DNA of 64,000 nt from an uncultured Planctomycetaceae bacterium (GTDB lineage: Bacteria; Planctomycetota; Planctomycetia; Isosphaerales; Isosphaeraceae): NCBI GenBank assembly GCA_963833985.1, contig CAWIAD010000001.1:1408001-1472000 (forward strand), read 5' to 3'. Both the position numbers and the translations under genes were made by a program. Below the pieces are notes generated by a model. The model made no database searches, was not told the origin of the DNA, and was given only the letters and a program-made list of their open reading frames with translations. Shown here one piece after another: positions 17,995 to 28,274 of this stretch (positions are counted from its first letter, which is position 1; each line of letters starts with the position of its first letter).

Positions 17995-19570
17995 GCCTCC
18001 TCAGCAGAATTTGTGGCTGCGTTTCGGCTCGGGGAGGTGACCGAGGTCGTGCAAGAGAGCCAGTTTCGCGATTTTCGCCGTCCGAAATCCATACGACTTT
18101 CTCGTAACCAGTTTCACCTTGTTGTTGAGCCCTTCGACGGCACCCGCGGAGACCAGTCCTTTGGCCCGAAACCAATTCAAGATCAGTGGCCGATGAGTCC
18201 GAATACTACGGGCGATCTTCTTCATCGGCTCCAGTCTCGAACGCATCACTCGACCTGTCCACTCATCGAGAAACCTCCCCGCCCACCACGCGCTTTTGTA
18301 CTCCCAGACCCGCTGGAACTCCTCGCGTAGCAGGTACGCTCGCACCGTCCGCAGGTTGTACCGTAAGACTTCCGACAACTTCACCGTCTGCTTGTCCGTG
18401 AGGTTCTCCGGCCGCTTCAGGAAGCACCACCGCGACTTCCTCAACACCGGCTCGTAGCCGTCACGTACCAATCGCTTCGACTCCTCCGCGCGGATCTCGT
18501 CCAGTGCCTTGCCGAACATCTGCATCACATGGAACCGGTCCAGCACGTGGACCGCCTGGCCGAGTCTCTCGGCGATCACGTTGAGGTACGCCTTCCACAT
18601 GTCGCTACACACATATTGTACCTGCTTGCAAACTGTCTCCCCAAGGCCGTCCAGGCACGACCGCAGGCTCGCTTCGGTCCGTTCCTCGGCTACGGCCAAC
18701 AGTCGCTTCGTTGTCCCGCCAATGTCGTAAACCAGTGTCAAATACGTGTGGCCGCGAGCCCAGGCGATCTCGTCCACGCCCAGGGCCGCCACCTCGCTGA
18801 GGTCCCGATGCCTCAGTCCCCACTCGACCTCGTGCTCCACGGCCCGGAAGACGCTGTCCCATGATGTGCGGAAAATCGAGCCGACTTCACTCCAGCTCAG
18901 CCTCTTGGCCCAGGTTGCCAGGAACCAGCGGTAGGTGGTGGTCAGTTGGTTCTTGCCGTCGCACCATGGGACCAGCTCGACGGTCACCCCGCACCGTCTG
19001 CAATTCACTCGCCGCATCCGGTAGGCCAGGAACACCAAGATCCCCCAGATCGGCACGAACTCGAACCGCCGTTCCTCAAGGCGATCATACGCTGGACCAG
19101 GTCGGCCGCAACCCGAGCACAACACCCGACTGTTCTTGCGGGCCACCATCTCAACGACCAGTGCTGGGCCGTCGGCACACTCCTCCAGGGTGGCCTGGCC
19201 GTAAACAAACGACTTGAACTTCTCCACCCGATTGAGCATCGTCTGGATACGCATCCTGGGGTACTCCTGGTTCTGATGAAGCCTGGTAACTCCATCGTGA
19301 CCGAGAGATGCCTCAGGATGCGATCTTTCTCGCCAGCGCGAATCGTCTTCCGCTGCTGCTCCGCAGGACTTTGCTGACAAACCTGAAAACCAAGCTGGTC
19401 ACTTGATCTGTGCCAGCAAGAACCCTTGCTTTCCCCCCCCCCGCCTTCGCCATCACCTCGCCCTCACCTGACCCGGGCGAGGTGATGGTGAAGGTGGAGG
19501 GGAACCCTCCTGTCGAGCCGGAGCCGAGCTCGCAGGCTGAATTCACACCCACAGATTCTGCGGAGGAGCC
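17995..19570 (-). mobile_element. ISL3 family insertion sequence, complete
   Basis: 22-bp imperfect terminal IRs (19/22 match); 8-bp target duplication CTATTTAG at 17987-17994 and 19571-19578. Confidence 0.92.
18001..19254 (-). CDS. ISL3 family transposase
   Basis: CSGC/CRRC zinc finger, LGVDEI, CSDMWKAY, LDRFHV, VEGLNNKVKLVTRKSYGFR. Confidence 0.95.
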   Translation of the reverse strand: MRIQTMLNRVEKFKSFVYGQATLEECADGPALVVEMVARKNSRVLCSGCGRPGPAYDRLEERRFEFVPIWGILVFLAYRMRRVNCRRCGVTVELVPWCDGKNQLTTTYRWFLATWAKRLSWSEVGSIFRTSWDSVFRAVEHEVEWGLRHRDLSEVAALGVDEIAWARGHTYLTLVYDIGGTTKRLLAVAEERTEASLRSCLDGLGETVCKQVQYVCSDMWKAYLNVIAERLGQAVHVLDRFHVMQMFGKALDEIRAEESKRLVRDGYEPVLRKSRWCFLKRPENLTDKQTVKLSEVLRYNLRTVRAYLLREEFQRVWEYKSAWWAGRFLDEWTGRVMRSRLEPMKKIARSIRTHRPLILNWFRAKGLVSAGAVEGLNNKVKLVTRKSYGFRTAKIAKLALLHDLGHLPEPKRSHKFC

Positions 19571-19575
19571 CTATT

Positions 19576-19721
19576 TAGAGCGGTTTTCACTCGGATCGCA
19601 GATTGAGACCGGCGGCAGGCATTCCTGCTTGCCGGAGCAGGCCTGCCCTGGCAGACAGGAATGTCTGCCCCCCCCTTTCAAAACTCAGAAACTGCCTGCA
19701 ACCGTCAGAAAACCGCCCTAG
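19576..19721. repeat. ~145-bp MITE/REP-like element A, copy 1
   Basis: Ends TAGAGCGGTTTTC / GAAAACCGCCCTAG; inner GGCAGGCATTCCTG / CAGGAATGTCTGCC; reverse-complement copy at 50337-50484. Confidence 0.85.
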
Positions 19722-21290
19722 ACGCCTTCGCGCGCCGGTTCGCGTCCGGCCGCCACGTTTTCGATCAGCGCCTGGAGCAACCCCTCCCAGGTGTAGGTCC
19801 GTGCTTCGGCGGCGACCCTCCAGCCCAGACGCTCGACCGCCTCCGAGGTCACGGGGCTGAGACTTGCGAGCTTGATGCGCGTGCCGACCAGGCTGCGCGC
19901 CTCGGCCGGCAGGATGGCGTGCAGCCTGGCGGCGATCGCAGGACTGGTGAGCGTGATCCAATCGACCGTTCCGGACTCGATCCTCCGGGCAACCTCGTCC
20001 GGCAAGGCATCGACATCGGCGTTGCGATAGACCGCGACCTGGTGGACCTGGGCGCACTTCTCAAGTTCTTCCTTGAGGATCATCCGGCCGCGGTCGGCCC
20101 TCGCCAGCAACACGCGCTGCCCGGCGGCCTGCCGGGCCAGGGCCTCGGCCAGGGCTTCGGAACGGAAAGACCCGGGAACCAGGTCTGCTCTCAAATGATA
20201 ACCGGACAATGCCCGCGCCGTGGCCGGCCCGATGGTTGCCAGCTTCAGCCGCCCGATGGCGCAGGTCCAGTCCCAGCACATCCAGCCGATCCAGAAAACC
20301 CTGAACGCCGTGGGCGGACGTGAACACCAGCCAGTTGAACTGATCCAGGCGGCTGATCGACTCATCGAGGAGGCGATGATCCACCAGCGGCAGAATCTGG
20401 ACTGTGGGAGCGAGCAGGACCTCGGCGCCGAGCGCCTCCAGCGCCGGGGCGACCTGCCGCCCTTCATCCGCCGGCCGCGTGACCACGATGCGCTGTCCAG
20501 ACAAGGGCAGGCTCTCATACCAGGCCAGCACCCGACGCTGGTCCACGACGCTGCCGATGACAAGCAGAGCAGGGGGGCGCACGCCCTGCGACCGGGCCGC
20601 CTCGCCGAGCGTCCCGAGCGTTGCCTCGAGCACCCGCTGTGCGGGAGTGCTGCCAGATTCGATGACGGCCGCGGGTGTGCTTTCTTCCTTGCCCGCCCGG
20701 ATCAGCGTCCGGCAAATCGCGGCCAGGTGCGTCACGCCCATGTACACCACCAGCGTGCCCGGAAATGCCGCGAGGGCATGCCAGTCGAGCGCGGTTCGTC
20801 CCGCGGCCGTTGCATTCGGATCCGTCCCGGCTTCTGGATCACCATGCCCGGTGACAAATGCCACGGCCGAGCAATGGCCGCGATGGGTGATGGGAATGCC
20901 CGCGTACGCGGTGGCCCCGACGCCCGCGGTGACGCCCGGCACAACCTGGTAAGGGATGCCGTGCCGGGCGAGATGCTCTGCCTCCTCGGCTCCGCGGCCA
21001 AACACGAACGGGTCACCGCCCTTGAGCCGGACGACAACCCGGCCCGACAAAGCATGCTCCAGCAGCAGCGCGTTGATCTGGTCCTGATCCAGGGTGCAAT
21101 GTCCGCTGGACTTGCCGGCACAGATGCGGATCGCACGCGCGGGGGCAAGGTCGAGCAGCCGGGCCGAGGCCAGGTGATCGTACACGACCACGTCCGCGCG
21201 GCCCAGAACCTCGGCACCCCGCACGGTCAAAAGCCCTGGGTCTCCGGGCCCAGCACCGACCAGATAAACGATTCCCGGCTCGAGGTTCAT
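19718..21290 (-). CDS. cobA: Uroporphyrinogen-III C-methyltransferase / synthase fusion (CobA-HemD), frameshift near 20255
   Basis: LVGAGPGDPGLLT, RLKGGDPFVFGRG, RIVVTRP; HemD C-terminus (ATIGPATA, LTSPA) lies in another frame. Confidence 0.92.
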
Positions 21291-21305
21291 GCCCGACGGT
21301 CAATA

Positions 21306-21523
21306 ACGTTGAAATAGCGATAAGTTAAGTGCAGGCATAGGTGTGTCCCTCGTTCCCACGCTCCGCGTGGGAATGCCGACTGCGACGCTCCGCGTCGTTT
21401 GGGCCCGTGCCGAGGCTGGGAAATCCATGGGACGCTGAGCATCCCGACCGGTGTTCCCACGCAGAGCGTGGGAACAAGTCTGTCGCAAGCCTCCTGCCCC
21501 TTTCTGTTAACACTATTTCAACG
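21306..21523. repeat. REP-doublet element B, copy 1
   Basis: GTTCCCACGC..GCGTGGGAA palindromes; outer IR CGTTGAAATAG/CTATTTCAACG; reverse-complement copy at 55683-55872. Confidence 0.85.
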
Positions 21524-21568
21524 GCATTGGCCCGAGAGTGGTCTGCGCGGTAGGGCGGCAACGGTTTG

Positions 21569-22021
21569 CTAACCTTGCTTCCTGAGATAATCCTCGACCA
21601 TCGTCCGGAGCTGTCCGTCAACCTCCAGGCCCATCGCTTTTCCCCTGGCGACGGCCTCCTCGGCCGTCCAGCCGTTCGCACGCGCCTGCTGGATGAGCAC
21701 CAGGGCCATGGCCCGGCCGCCCTTGCGGCAATGGACGAGCACCTTGCTGCCGGCCTCGCAATGACGGTCGATGAAATCGCAGACCTCGGTCACCCCGGGG
21801 TCGGCCAGAGGTGCTCCACCAACGCCATGATGAAGGTAATCCATGCCCAGGACGCGGACCTTCTCCCCCTCCGCCACGGTCGAGAGCGGCTGCTCGGGTT
21901 CGCGATCGTGTCGCAGGTTGACGACACCGGCAATGCCCTGGTCCCTGCATTCGAGCAGGTCGTCTTCGGAAGGCTGGTCGCCTATATAGATCGTCGCGGT
22001 GACTGGCCGTTTCACGTTCAT
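21569..22021 (-). CDS. DUF442/Blh-like Cys phosphatase-fold protein
   Basis: GDQP, VVNLR, VLVHCRKGGRA (Cx5R). Confidence 0.85.
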   Translation of the reverse strand: MNVKRPVTATIYIGDQPSEDDLLECRDQGIAGVVNLRHDREPEQPLSTVAEGEKVRVLGMDYLHHGVGGAPLADPGVTEVCDFIDRHCEAGSKVLVHCRKGGRAMALVLIQQARANGWTAEEAVARGKAMGLEVDGQLRTMVEDYLRKQG

Positions 22022-22304
22022 CGGATGGGTCCTCGACGGTCGGGAGCAGGGTCGAAAACAAGGCGATCGCCGGGCGATTTCCTCGTTTCAAGCCTACTGA
22101 TTCGGCTCGGAGTTCGCCAGGAGCCCTGGACGAAATGCACGACCGGGACCGCGTTTCCAACCCGGTCTTCCTGGTGAATCCGGTGAGCGGGAGGTTCTTT
22201 CGCACGTTGCGTGCCTGCTTTTCGTGATCCGTTTCCCCGCTGCTGGTATCATGGAATGGCAATGACGGTTGTGCCCGCTCCAGTCAGGTCATCGGGAGGC
22301 CACC

Positions 22305-22733
22305 ATGACGACTCTCGTGTTGCTGCTCTCGGCGCTTGTGATCGGCGGTGAAGACCCGGCGCAGACGGACCTGGAAAAGCTCCAGGGCACATGGTACCTG
22401 ACCGCCAAGGAGTCCGACGGAGAGCAGGCCCTCGCCGAGGACATCCAGGGCGAGACCGTGGTGTACGAGCAGAACCACGTGACGCTCAGGAGCGGAGACC
22501 GCGTGCGCAAGCGTGGGATCATCACGCTCGACGCGACACGCAAGCCGAAAGCGATGAACACCTGGGACCGGGATGGCCCGTATGAGGACCAGACCATTGC
22601 CGGCATTTACGAACTGGAGGGCGATACGCTCAAGGTGTGCTTCGCCCGTCCGGGTGAAGAGCGGCCCAGGGAATTCACCACCAAGTCGGGTACCGCGTTT
22701 CTCCTGTGCATCTACAAGCGGAAGCCCCGCTGA
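22305..22733 (+). CDS. TIGR03067 Planctomycete domain protein
   Basis: DLEKLQGTW...LDATRKPKAM...GIYELEGDTLKVCF...RPREF. Confidence 0.9.
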   Translation: MTTLVLLLSALVIGGEDPAQTDLEKLQGTWYLTAKESDGEQALAEDIQGETVVYEQNHVTLRSGDRVRKRGIITLDATRKPKAMNTWDRDGPYEDQTIAGIYELEGDTLKVCFARPGEERPREFTTKSGTAFLLCIYKRKPR

Positions 22734-22778
22734 TCCGGCTCATTCCATGTCGATTGATCCGGCTCATTCCATGTCGAT
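22731..22778. repeat. Perfect 24-bp tandem duplication
   Basis: TGATCCGGCTCATTCCATGTCGAT repeated twice. Confidence 0.9.
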
Positions 22779-23392
22779 GGGGTCGCGGCGAATCTCGCGG
22801 CCCGTGCGGACCTCATGAATCTGGACCGCGAAGCTCGGAAGATCGAGCACGGCGAACGTGTATGAGGTCTGGACGCCGGGGACGCCGAGCACCGAGCCGG
22901 GATTGATGACGGTACCGCGCGGGCCGCGGTCGATCATGGGCACGTGCGTATGGCCCAGGACCAGCACCCGGGCGTCGCCCTGCTCCCAGAACTCCTCGAC
23001 CGACGCGGGCATCGGCTTGTACGCCGTGACGTACTCGGTGTCGCTCGCCGGCGAGCCGTGAAAGAACGTGATGGCCTCACCGGCCACGACCAGCCGAAGA
23101 CTGGGCGGCAGCATCGCGAGGAACGCGCGGGTGTCGTCGCGCAGGTCGGCCGTCTTCCAGCCGCGCAGCCCGAGCATCTGTCCGCGCTCGAGGACCCAGC
23201 GATCGTGATTGCCGCGAATGCAGGGAATGCTCCGCGCCCGGATCTCCGCCACGACGGCGTCCGGCTCGCTGCCGTAGCCGACCAGGTCGCCCAGGCAGAC
23301 CACCTGGTCCACGGCGAGCTGCTCGAGCCGCCCCAGCGCCGTCTCCAGGCGCGCAGGTCGGCGTGAATATCTGCGATCAGGCCGATCCGCAT
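22764..23392 (-). CDS. Metallophosphoesterase family protein, frameshift near 23355
   Basis: MRIGLIADIH in one frame; CLGDLVGYG, RGNHD, HGSP, GHTH and NPGSV in another. Confidence 0.88.
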
Positions 23393-23501
23393 GGAATTGA
23401 GTCGCTTGCCAGGTCACTGGTACAATTTGAGTGATCTCACTGCACAAACTCTCGCCGTCCCACCAACAGTCCTATTGTGTCGGGAGAGCTGGCTTCTGAC
23501 C

Positions 23502-25775
23502 ATGTCTGACAGGGAACAACTCGAGCGCGAGCTGCTCGTCCACCACCCGGATCGTTGGGTCCGGCACCTGCTGGCCTCGTTCCCTGACGATTATTTCCAG
23601 GCGTTTTCACCCGCCGAGGTGAGCCGGCAGCTCGAGGCGATGAAGACGCTCAGCGACGACCGGCCGGTGCAGGTCAGCGCCGAACCGGAAAGCGGGGACG
23701 TCTGGCGCGTGGACGTCGTGGGTTACGACGCCTTTCAGTTTCTCTCGACGGTGTGCACGCTGCTGGCGGTCTCCGGACTGTCCATCCTGAACGGGCGGGT
23801 ATTCACATCACGGCCCCCGCCAGCCGATTCCGGGGCCACGCTGGCGCGCAAGGCCTCGCCGTTCCGGCGCCCGGCGCGGCCCCCGGCGGCGGCCGGGCCC
23901 GACCGCAGGCCGCGGATCGTGGATGTGTTCCGGGTCCGGCCCGTCCGCCCGCAACTCCCCGCTGCCGACTGGGATCATTTCCAGAGTGAGCTCCGTGACC
24001 TGACCAGGCTGCTGCGCAGTGACAGGTCGGAAGAAGTCAATCACCGGCTGATCCGCCGCTTCGTGGCCGCGCTCGGGCCGCCAGACGGCGATCTGGACCG
24101 CCTCGAGCCGATTGACCTGACGCTCGATGTGGACAGTCAGCTCGATGCCACGGCGGTGCGTATCCGGGCCCGCGACAGCTTTGGCTTCCTTTCGCTCACG
24201 GCCAGCGCCCTGGCCCTGTGCGGCATCCGCATCGTGCAGTCAGAGATTCGCACCGTCGACGACCGCGTGGACGACGTGCTCTGGGTCACCGACCGCTGGG
24301 GGCACAAGATCACCTCGGAGCCGAAGCTCCGCGAGCTGAGGCTGTCGCTGATCCTCATCGAGCACTTCAGCAGCCGGCTGCCGTGCGCGACCGATCCTGA
24401 GGCGGCACTGGTGCATTTCAGCCGGTTTGCCACGGAAACGATGGCCCGCCCGAACTGGGTCGAGGAATTCGAGGCGCTGGAAAAACCCGAGGTGCTCGAT
24501 GCGCTTGTGCGCATGCTGGGCGAGAGCCATTTCCTCTGGGAAGATTATCTGCACGCCCAGCCCGAGAACGTCCTGCACATGATCTGTGATCCCGCGGAGT
24601 GGATGCGTCATCCGGGACAGAAGAGGCTCACCGACGAGCTGGTATCGAGCCTGGCCGCCGTGACGACCATGGAAAGCCGGGGACAGGCACTGCGGCGATT
24701 TCGCGACCGGGAGATCTTCCGCGCTGACCTGCGATCCATCCTCGGGTTGAGCCGGGGGCAGGACGAATTCTCCAACGAGCTCGCCAGCGTGGCCGAGGTG
24801 CTGCTCGGCACCGCCTTCGAGCTGGCCCTGCGTGAGGCCGCCTCCCGGCATATGGTGGACGACCCGCGGCGAATGCCCCCCTCGATCCTTTGCGCCCTGG
24901 GCAAGTTCGGCGGCCGTGAGCTGGGCTTCGCGTCGGACCTCGAGGTGATGATCGTCTATGACGATCGGGCCCAATCCGAAGCCGGTCACGAGACCAGCCC
25001 CGGGCAGCTCTTTGATACGGTCGTCTCCGCTCTGCGCGCGCTGCTTGCCAGTCGCGAGGGGCATGCGTTCGAGCTCGACTTCCGGCTTCGCCCGTACGGA
25101 CGGGCCGGCCCGCTGGCCACGTCCATCTCCACATTTCTCGATTACTACAGGCCAGGTGGCGCGGCCTGGGGCTATGAGCGGCAAGCCCTCATCAAGCTGC
25201 GCCAGATCGCTGGCCACGCCGGCCTGGCACGCGAGCTGGAGCAGCACCGCGACTGCTACGTTTACGGACCCGAGCCGCTGGACCTGGAGGGGCTGCGGCG
25301 GATGCGCAGGCTCCAGGTCGAACAGCTTGTCCCACCTGGCACCATGAGCGCGAAATACAGCCCCGGAGCGCTCGTCGACGTGGAATACGTCGTCCAGGCC
25401 TTGCAAATCGTTCACGGTCGGAGCGACATCGCGCTGAGGTCTCCCAACACCCTCGAGGCGCTCAGCGCATTGGGCGAAGCGAACTGCCTCGATCCCCTGA
25501 GAGTCGGGCAGCTCCAGCTTGGCTATCGCTTCTTCCGCCGTCTCATCGACGCGCTGCGGGTGGTGCGCGACCACCCGAAAGACTTGACGGTCCCCCCCGT
25601 GGGAAGCGACGATTTCCTGCTCCTGTCGCGGCGGATGCGGGTGCCCGACCCGGAGAGTTTGCGAAACGAGCTGGAACTGCGGCTTCAGGAGACGCAGGCC
25701 GTCGCCGTGGAGCTGCCGGCACTCGTCGGCACCCGGCCCGCCGAGCCTGGCTCCTGTGCCGGCCCGGCGGCCTGA
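23502..25775 (+). CDS. GlnE-like glutamine synthetase adenylyltransferase with N-terminal ACT-like domains
   Basis: ALGKFGGRELGFASDLE, LDFRLRPYGRAGPL, YERQALIK, KYSPGALVDVEYVVQ. Confidence 0.85.
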   Translation: MSDREQLERELLVHHPDRWVRHLLASFPDDYFQAFSPAEVSRQLEAMKTLSDDRPVQVSAEPESGDVWRVDVVGYDAFQFLSTVCTLLAVSGLSILNGRVFTSRPPPADSGATLARKASPFRRPARPPAAAGPDRRPRIVDVFRVRPVRPQLPAADWDHFQSELRDLTRLLRSDRSEEVNHRLIRRFVAALGPPDGDLDRLEPIDLTLDVDSQLDATAVRIRARDSFGFLSLTASALALCGIRIVQSEIRTVDDRVDDVLWVTDRWGHKITSEPKLRELRLSLILIEHFSSRLPCATDPEAALVHFSRFATETMARPNWVEEFEALEKPEVLDALVRMLGESHFLWEDYLHAQPENVLHMICDPAEWMRHPGQKRLTDELVSSLAAVTTMESRGQALRRFRDREIFRADLRSILGLSRGQDEFSNELASVAEVLLGTAFELALREAASRHMVDDPRRMPPSILCALGKFGGRELGFASDLEVMIVYDDRAQSEAGHETSPGQLFDTVVSALRALLASREGHAFELDFRLRPYGRAGPLATSISTFLDYYRPGGAAWGYERQALIKLRQIAGHAGLARELEQHRDCYVYGPEPLDLEGLRRMRRLQVEQLVPPGTMSAKYSPGALVDVEYVVQALQIVHGRSDIALRSPNTLEALSALGEANCLDPLRVGQLQLGYRFFRRLIDALRVVRDHPKDLTVPPVGSDDFLLLSRRMRVPDPESLRNELELRLQETQAVAVELPALVGTRPAEPGSCAGPAA

Positions 25776-25864
25776 ACCCCGGTCTGCCGGCATCGCCAGC
25801 GCTCGTCGATCGGCTGTTTCACGGCCTGCGTGCTCCACTTCGAAGCAGGCCACGTATCGGACAG

Positions 25865-26359
25865 TCAGCCTGTCGTCATTCCGGTCGACCCGTCCAGCGG
25901 CTGGCGGGCCTTCTCCAGCAGGCCGATCAACTGCCGCAGCTCGGCGGGGCTCATATGCCCGAGCAGCTTCCTGTGCAAGGCCAGTACCGGGTCGTCGAGC
26001 TGGCCCAGCAGGTCAACGCCTCTCGAGGTGATCGTCACGAAGACGACCCGGCGATCCTCGGTCGAGCGATCCCTCGCGACGAGCCCCATGCCCTCCAGGC
26101 GATCGATCAGCCCGGTGATGCCCGGCACGGCCGCAAGCATCCGGTCGGCGATCTCCAGGATCGGCAGGGGCTTCGCCTCGCCGCGGAGGATCCGCAGGAC
26201 GTTGTACTGCGAAGGGGTCAGTCCGTGTGCCCGGAAGAGGCGGGTGAAGCAGATGCCGAAGCGGTCGGCTGTGCGGGCAATGCTCAGGCTCGCCTCCTGC
26301 TCGGGCGAATCGAACGGCTTTCGTTTCTTCAGCTCCCTCTGCAACCGTCCGCCGGACAT
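25865..26359 (-). CDS. MarR family regulator
   Basis: GLTPSQYNVLRIL...ITGLIDRLE...DRRVVFVTIT. Confidence 0.95.
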   Translation of the reverse strand: MSGGRLQRELKKRKPFDSPEQEASLSIARTADRFGICFTRLFRAHGLTPSQYNVLRILRGEAKPLPILEIADRMLAAVPGITGLIDRLEGMGLVARDRSTEDRRVVFVTITSRGVDLLGQLDDPVLALHRKLLGHMSPAELRQLIGLLEKARQPLDGSTGMTTG

Positions 26360-26646
26360 GACGCCCTCCGTGAGTGTGCCAGGTTCTCCCTTATTAGTTT
26401 AAGCATCAAAAAAGGATATCGCAAGCATCGCCACGAGGTGCCAGGCACGGTTTGAACGGACTCTGGGCCGGCCGGAAACGCCCGGCGCTCGTGCAGGGCC
26501 CTCGGATCTCGATGTCTTGAAGGCTTCTCGCCGGCGGCGGACCGCCATTCCCCCGGCGCGGACGCTCGGGTACGATGCCAGATCGGTCGGGCCTCCACAC
26601 GGATCGAGAGGCCGGCTCTTACCGATCCGCACGAGACCCGCCCGGC

Positions 26647-27666
26647 ATGGACACCCCCACACCGAGAACGATCTTCATCACTGGGGCCACTGGACTGGTC
26701 GGCGGCCACGCGGCCGAGGAAGCCGTGCGCCGGGGTCATCGCGTGCGGGCGCTCGTCCGCGCCAGCAGCGATACGCGCTGGCTCGATCGGCTCGGAGTCG
26801 AGAAGGTCGTGGGCGACCTGGAAGATGCGGCGTCGCTGCGCCTCGGAGCCGCGGGCGTGGACTGGGTCTTCAACTGCGCCGCGAAGGTCGGCGACTGGGG
26901 AACGCTGGCCGAGTTTCGCAGGCTCAACGTGCAGGCGCTCGAGCTGCTCCTGGAGGCGGCCTGCGATGCCCGCATCGAACGCCTTGTGCACGTGAGCTCG
27001 CTGGGCGTTTACGAGGGTCGCGACCACCACGGCAGCGACGAGACCGTCCCGCCGGCGGCCAGTTCGCTGGACGCGTACACCCGCTCCAAGACCGAGGCGG
27101 AGGCCCTGGTGCTCAGGTATCATCGCGAACGCGGTCTGCCGGCCACCGTCGTCCGGCCGGGTTTCATTTACGGCGAGCGCGACCGGACCGTCCTGCCCAA
27201 GCTCCTGGTTAACCTGCGCCGGGGCTCGTTTGCCTATTTCGGATCGGGGGAGCAGGCGCTCAATTGCATCTACGTCAAGAACCTTGTGCACGGCATCTTC
27301 CTGGCCGCCGAGAACCCCGCGGCGGTGGGCGAGGTGTTCAACCTCACCGACGGCGAACCCGTGAGCAAGCTGCGCTTCGTCGGCCGTGTGGCGGAGCTTG
27401 CCGGCCTGCGGCCTCCGTCACGGCACATCCCGCTGGGCCTGGCACGCGTCCTGGCCGCCATGGTGGAGGGAGGTGCCAGGCTGCGCGGGGCGAAGAACCC
27501 GCCAATCATCAACAAGGCCCGGTTCAAGTTCCTCGGTCTGCACCTGGATTATTCCATCGACAAGGCGCGCCGGGTGCTGGGTTATCAACCACCCTTTCCG
27601 TTTGACGAGGCCATCGAGCGCGCCATGGCCGAGCACCGCGACGAACCGAAACCATCCTTCGGATGA
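26647..27666 (+). CDS. NAD-dependent epimerase/dehydratase (extended SDR)
   Basis: ITGATGLVG and YTRSK motifs. Confidence 0.93.
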   Translation: MDTPTPRTIFITGATGLVGGHAAEEAVRRGHRVRALVRASSDTRWLDRLGVEKVVGDLEDAASLRLGAAGVDWVFNCAAKVGDWGTLAEFRRLNVQALELLLEAACDARIERLVHVSSLGVYEGRDHHGSDETVPPAASSLDAYTRSKTEAEALVLRYHRERGLPATVVRPGFIYGERDRTVLPKLLVNLRRGSFAYFGSGEQALNCIYVKNLVHGIFLAAENPAAVGEVFNLTDGEPVSKLRFVGRVAELAGLRPPSRHIPLGLARVLAAMVEGGARLRGAKNPPIINKARFKFLGLHLDYSIDKARRVLGYQPPFPFDEAIERAMAEHRDEPKPSFG

Positions 27667-27677
27667 GGAGCAACGTG

Positions 27678-28208
27678 ATGAGCAGCCTCAAAGGAAAACG
27701 CGTGGCCGTGCTGGTGGAGAAGTTTTACGAGGACCTCGAGCTCTGGTATCCGGTCCTGCGCCTCCGCGAGGCCGGGGCCGATGTGCAGATCGTCGGGCCG
27801 AAGGCCGGGGAAACGTACCTCTCGAAGCACGATTACCCCGCGCGTTCCGACGTCGGGGCAAGCGACGTGAAAGCACAGGATCTCGACGCCGTGATCATTC
27901 CCGGCGGCTATTCGCCCGATCACATGAGGCGCCATCCGACGATGGTGCACCTTGTGACGCAGGCAGCCCAGCTGGGCAAGGTGATCGCGGCCATCTGCCA
28001 TGGCCCCTGGATGCTCTGTTCGGCCCGCTGCCTGCACGGCAAGAAGGTGACCGGCTTCTACTCCATCCGCGACGACGTGGTCAATGCCGGCGGAATCTGG
28101 CAGGACGCCGCGTGCGTGCGCGACGGCAACATCGTCACCAGCCGCACACCGGACGACCTGCCGGAGTTCATGCAGGGCATCTTCGCGGCGCTCGTGGAGC
28201 CCGCCTGA
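27678..28208 (+). CDS. PfpI/DJ-1 family protein
   Basis: YEDLELWYP, IPGG, AICHGP, VTSRTPDDL. Confidence 0.95.
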   Translation: MSSLKGKRVAVLVEKFYEDLELWYPVLRLREAGADVQIVGPKAGETYLSKHDYPARSDVGASDVKAQDLDAVIIPGGYSPDHMRRHPTMVHLVTQAAQLGKVIAAICHGPWMLCSARCLHGKKVTGFYSIRDDVVNAGGIWQDAACVRDGNIVTSRTPDDLPEFMQGIFAALVEPA

Positions 28209-28274
28209 GCGATGCGTCCGCCGCGGCCGGCATCCGGCTCTCGCCAGGGCGCACCTGGCGAGAGCGCCCGGCCA

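Noticed and set aside
19718..21290. Programmed frameshifting in cobA-hemD, cca or others
   Set aside because: No consistent slippery sequences, and too many unrelated genes are affected.
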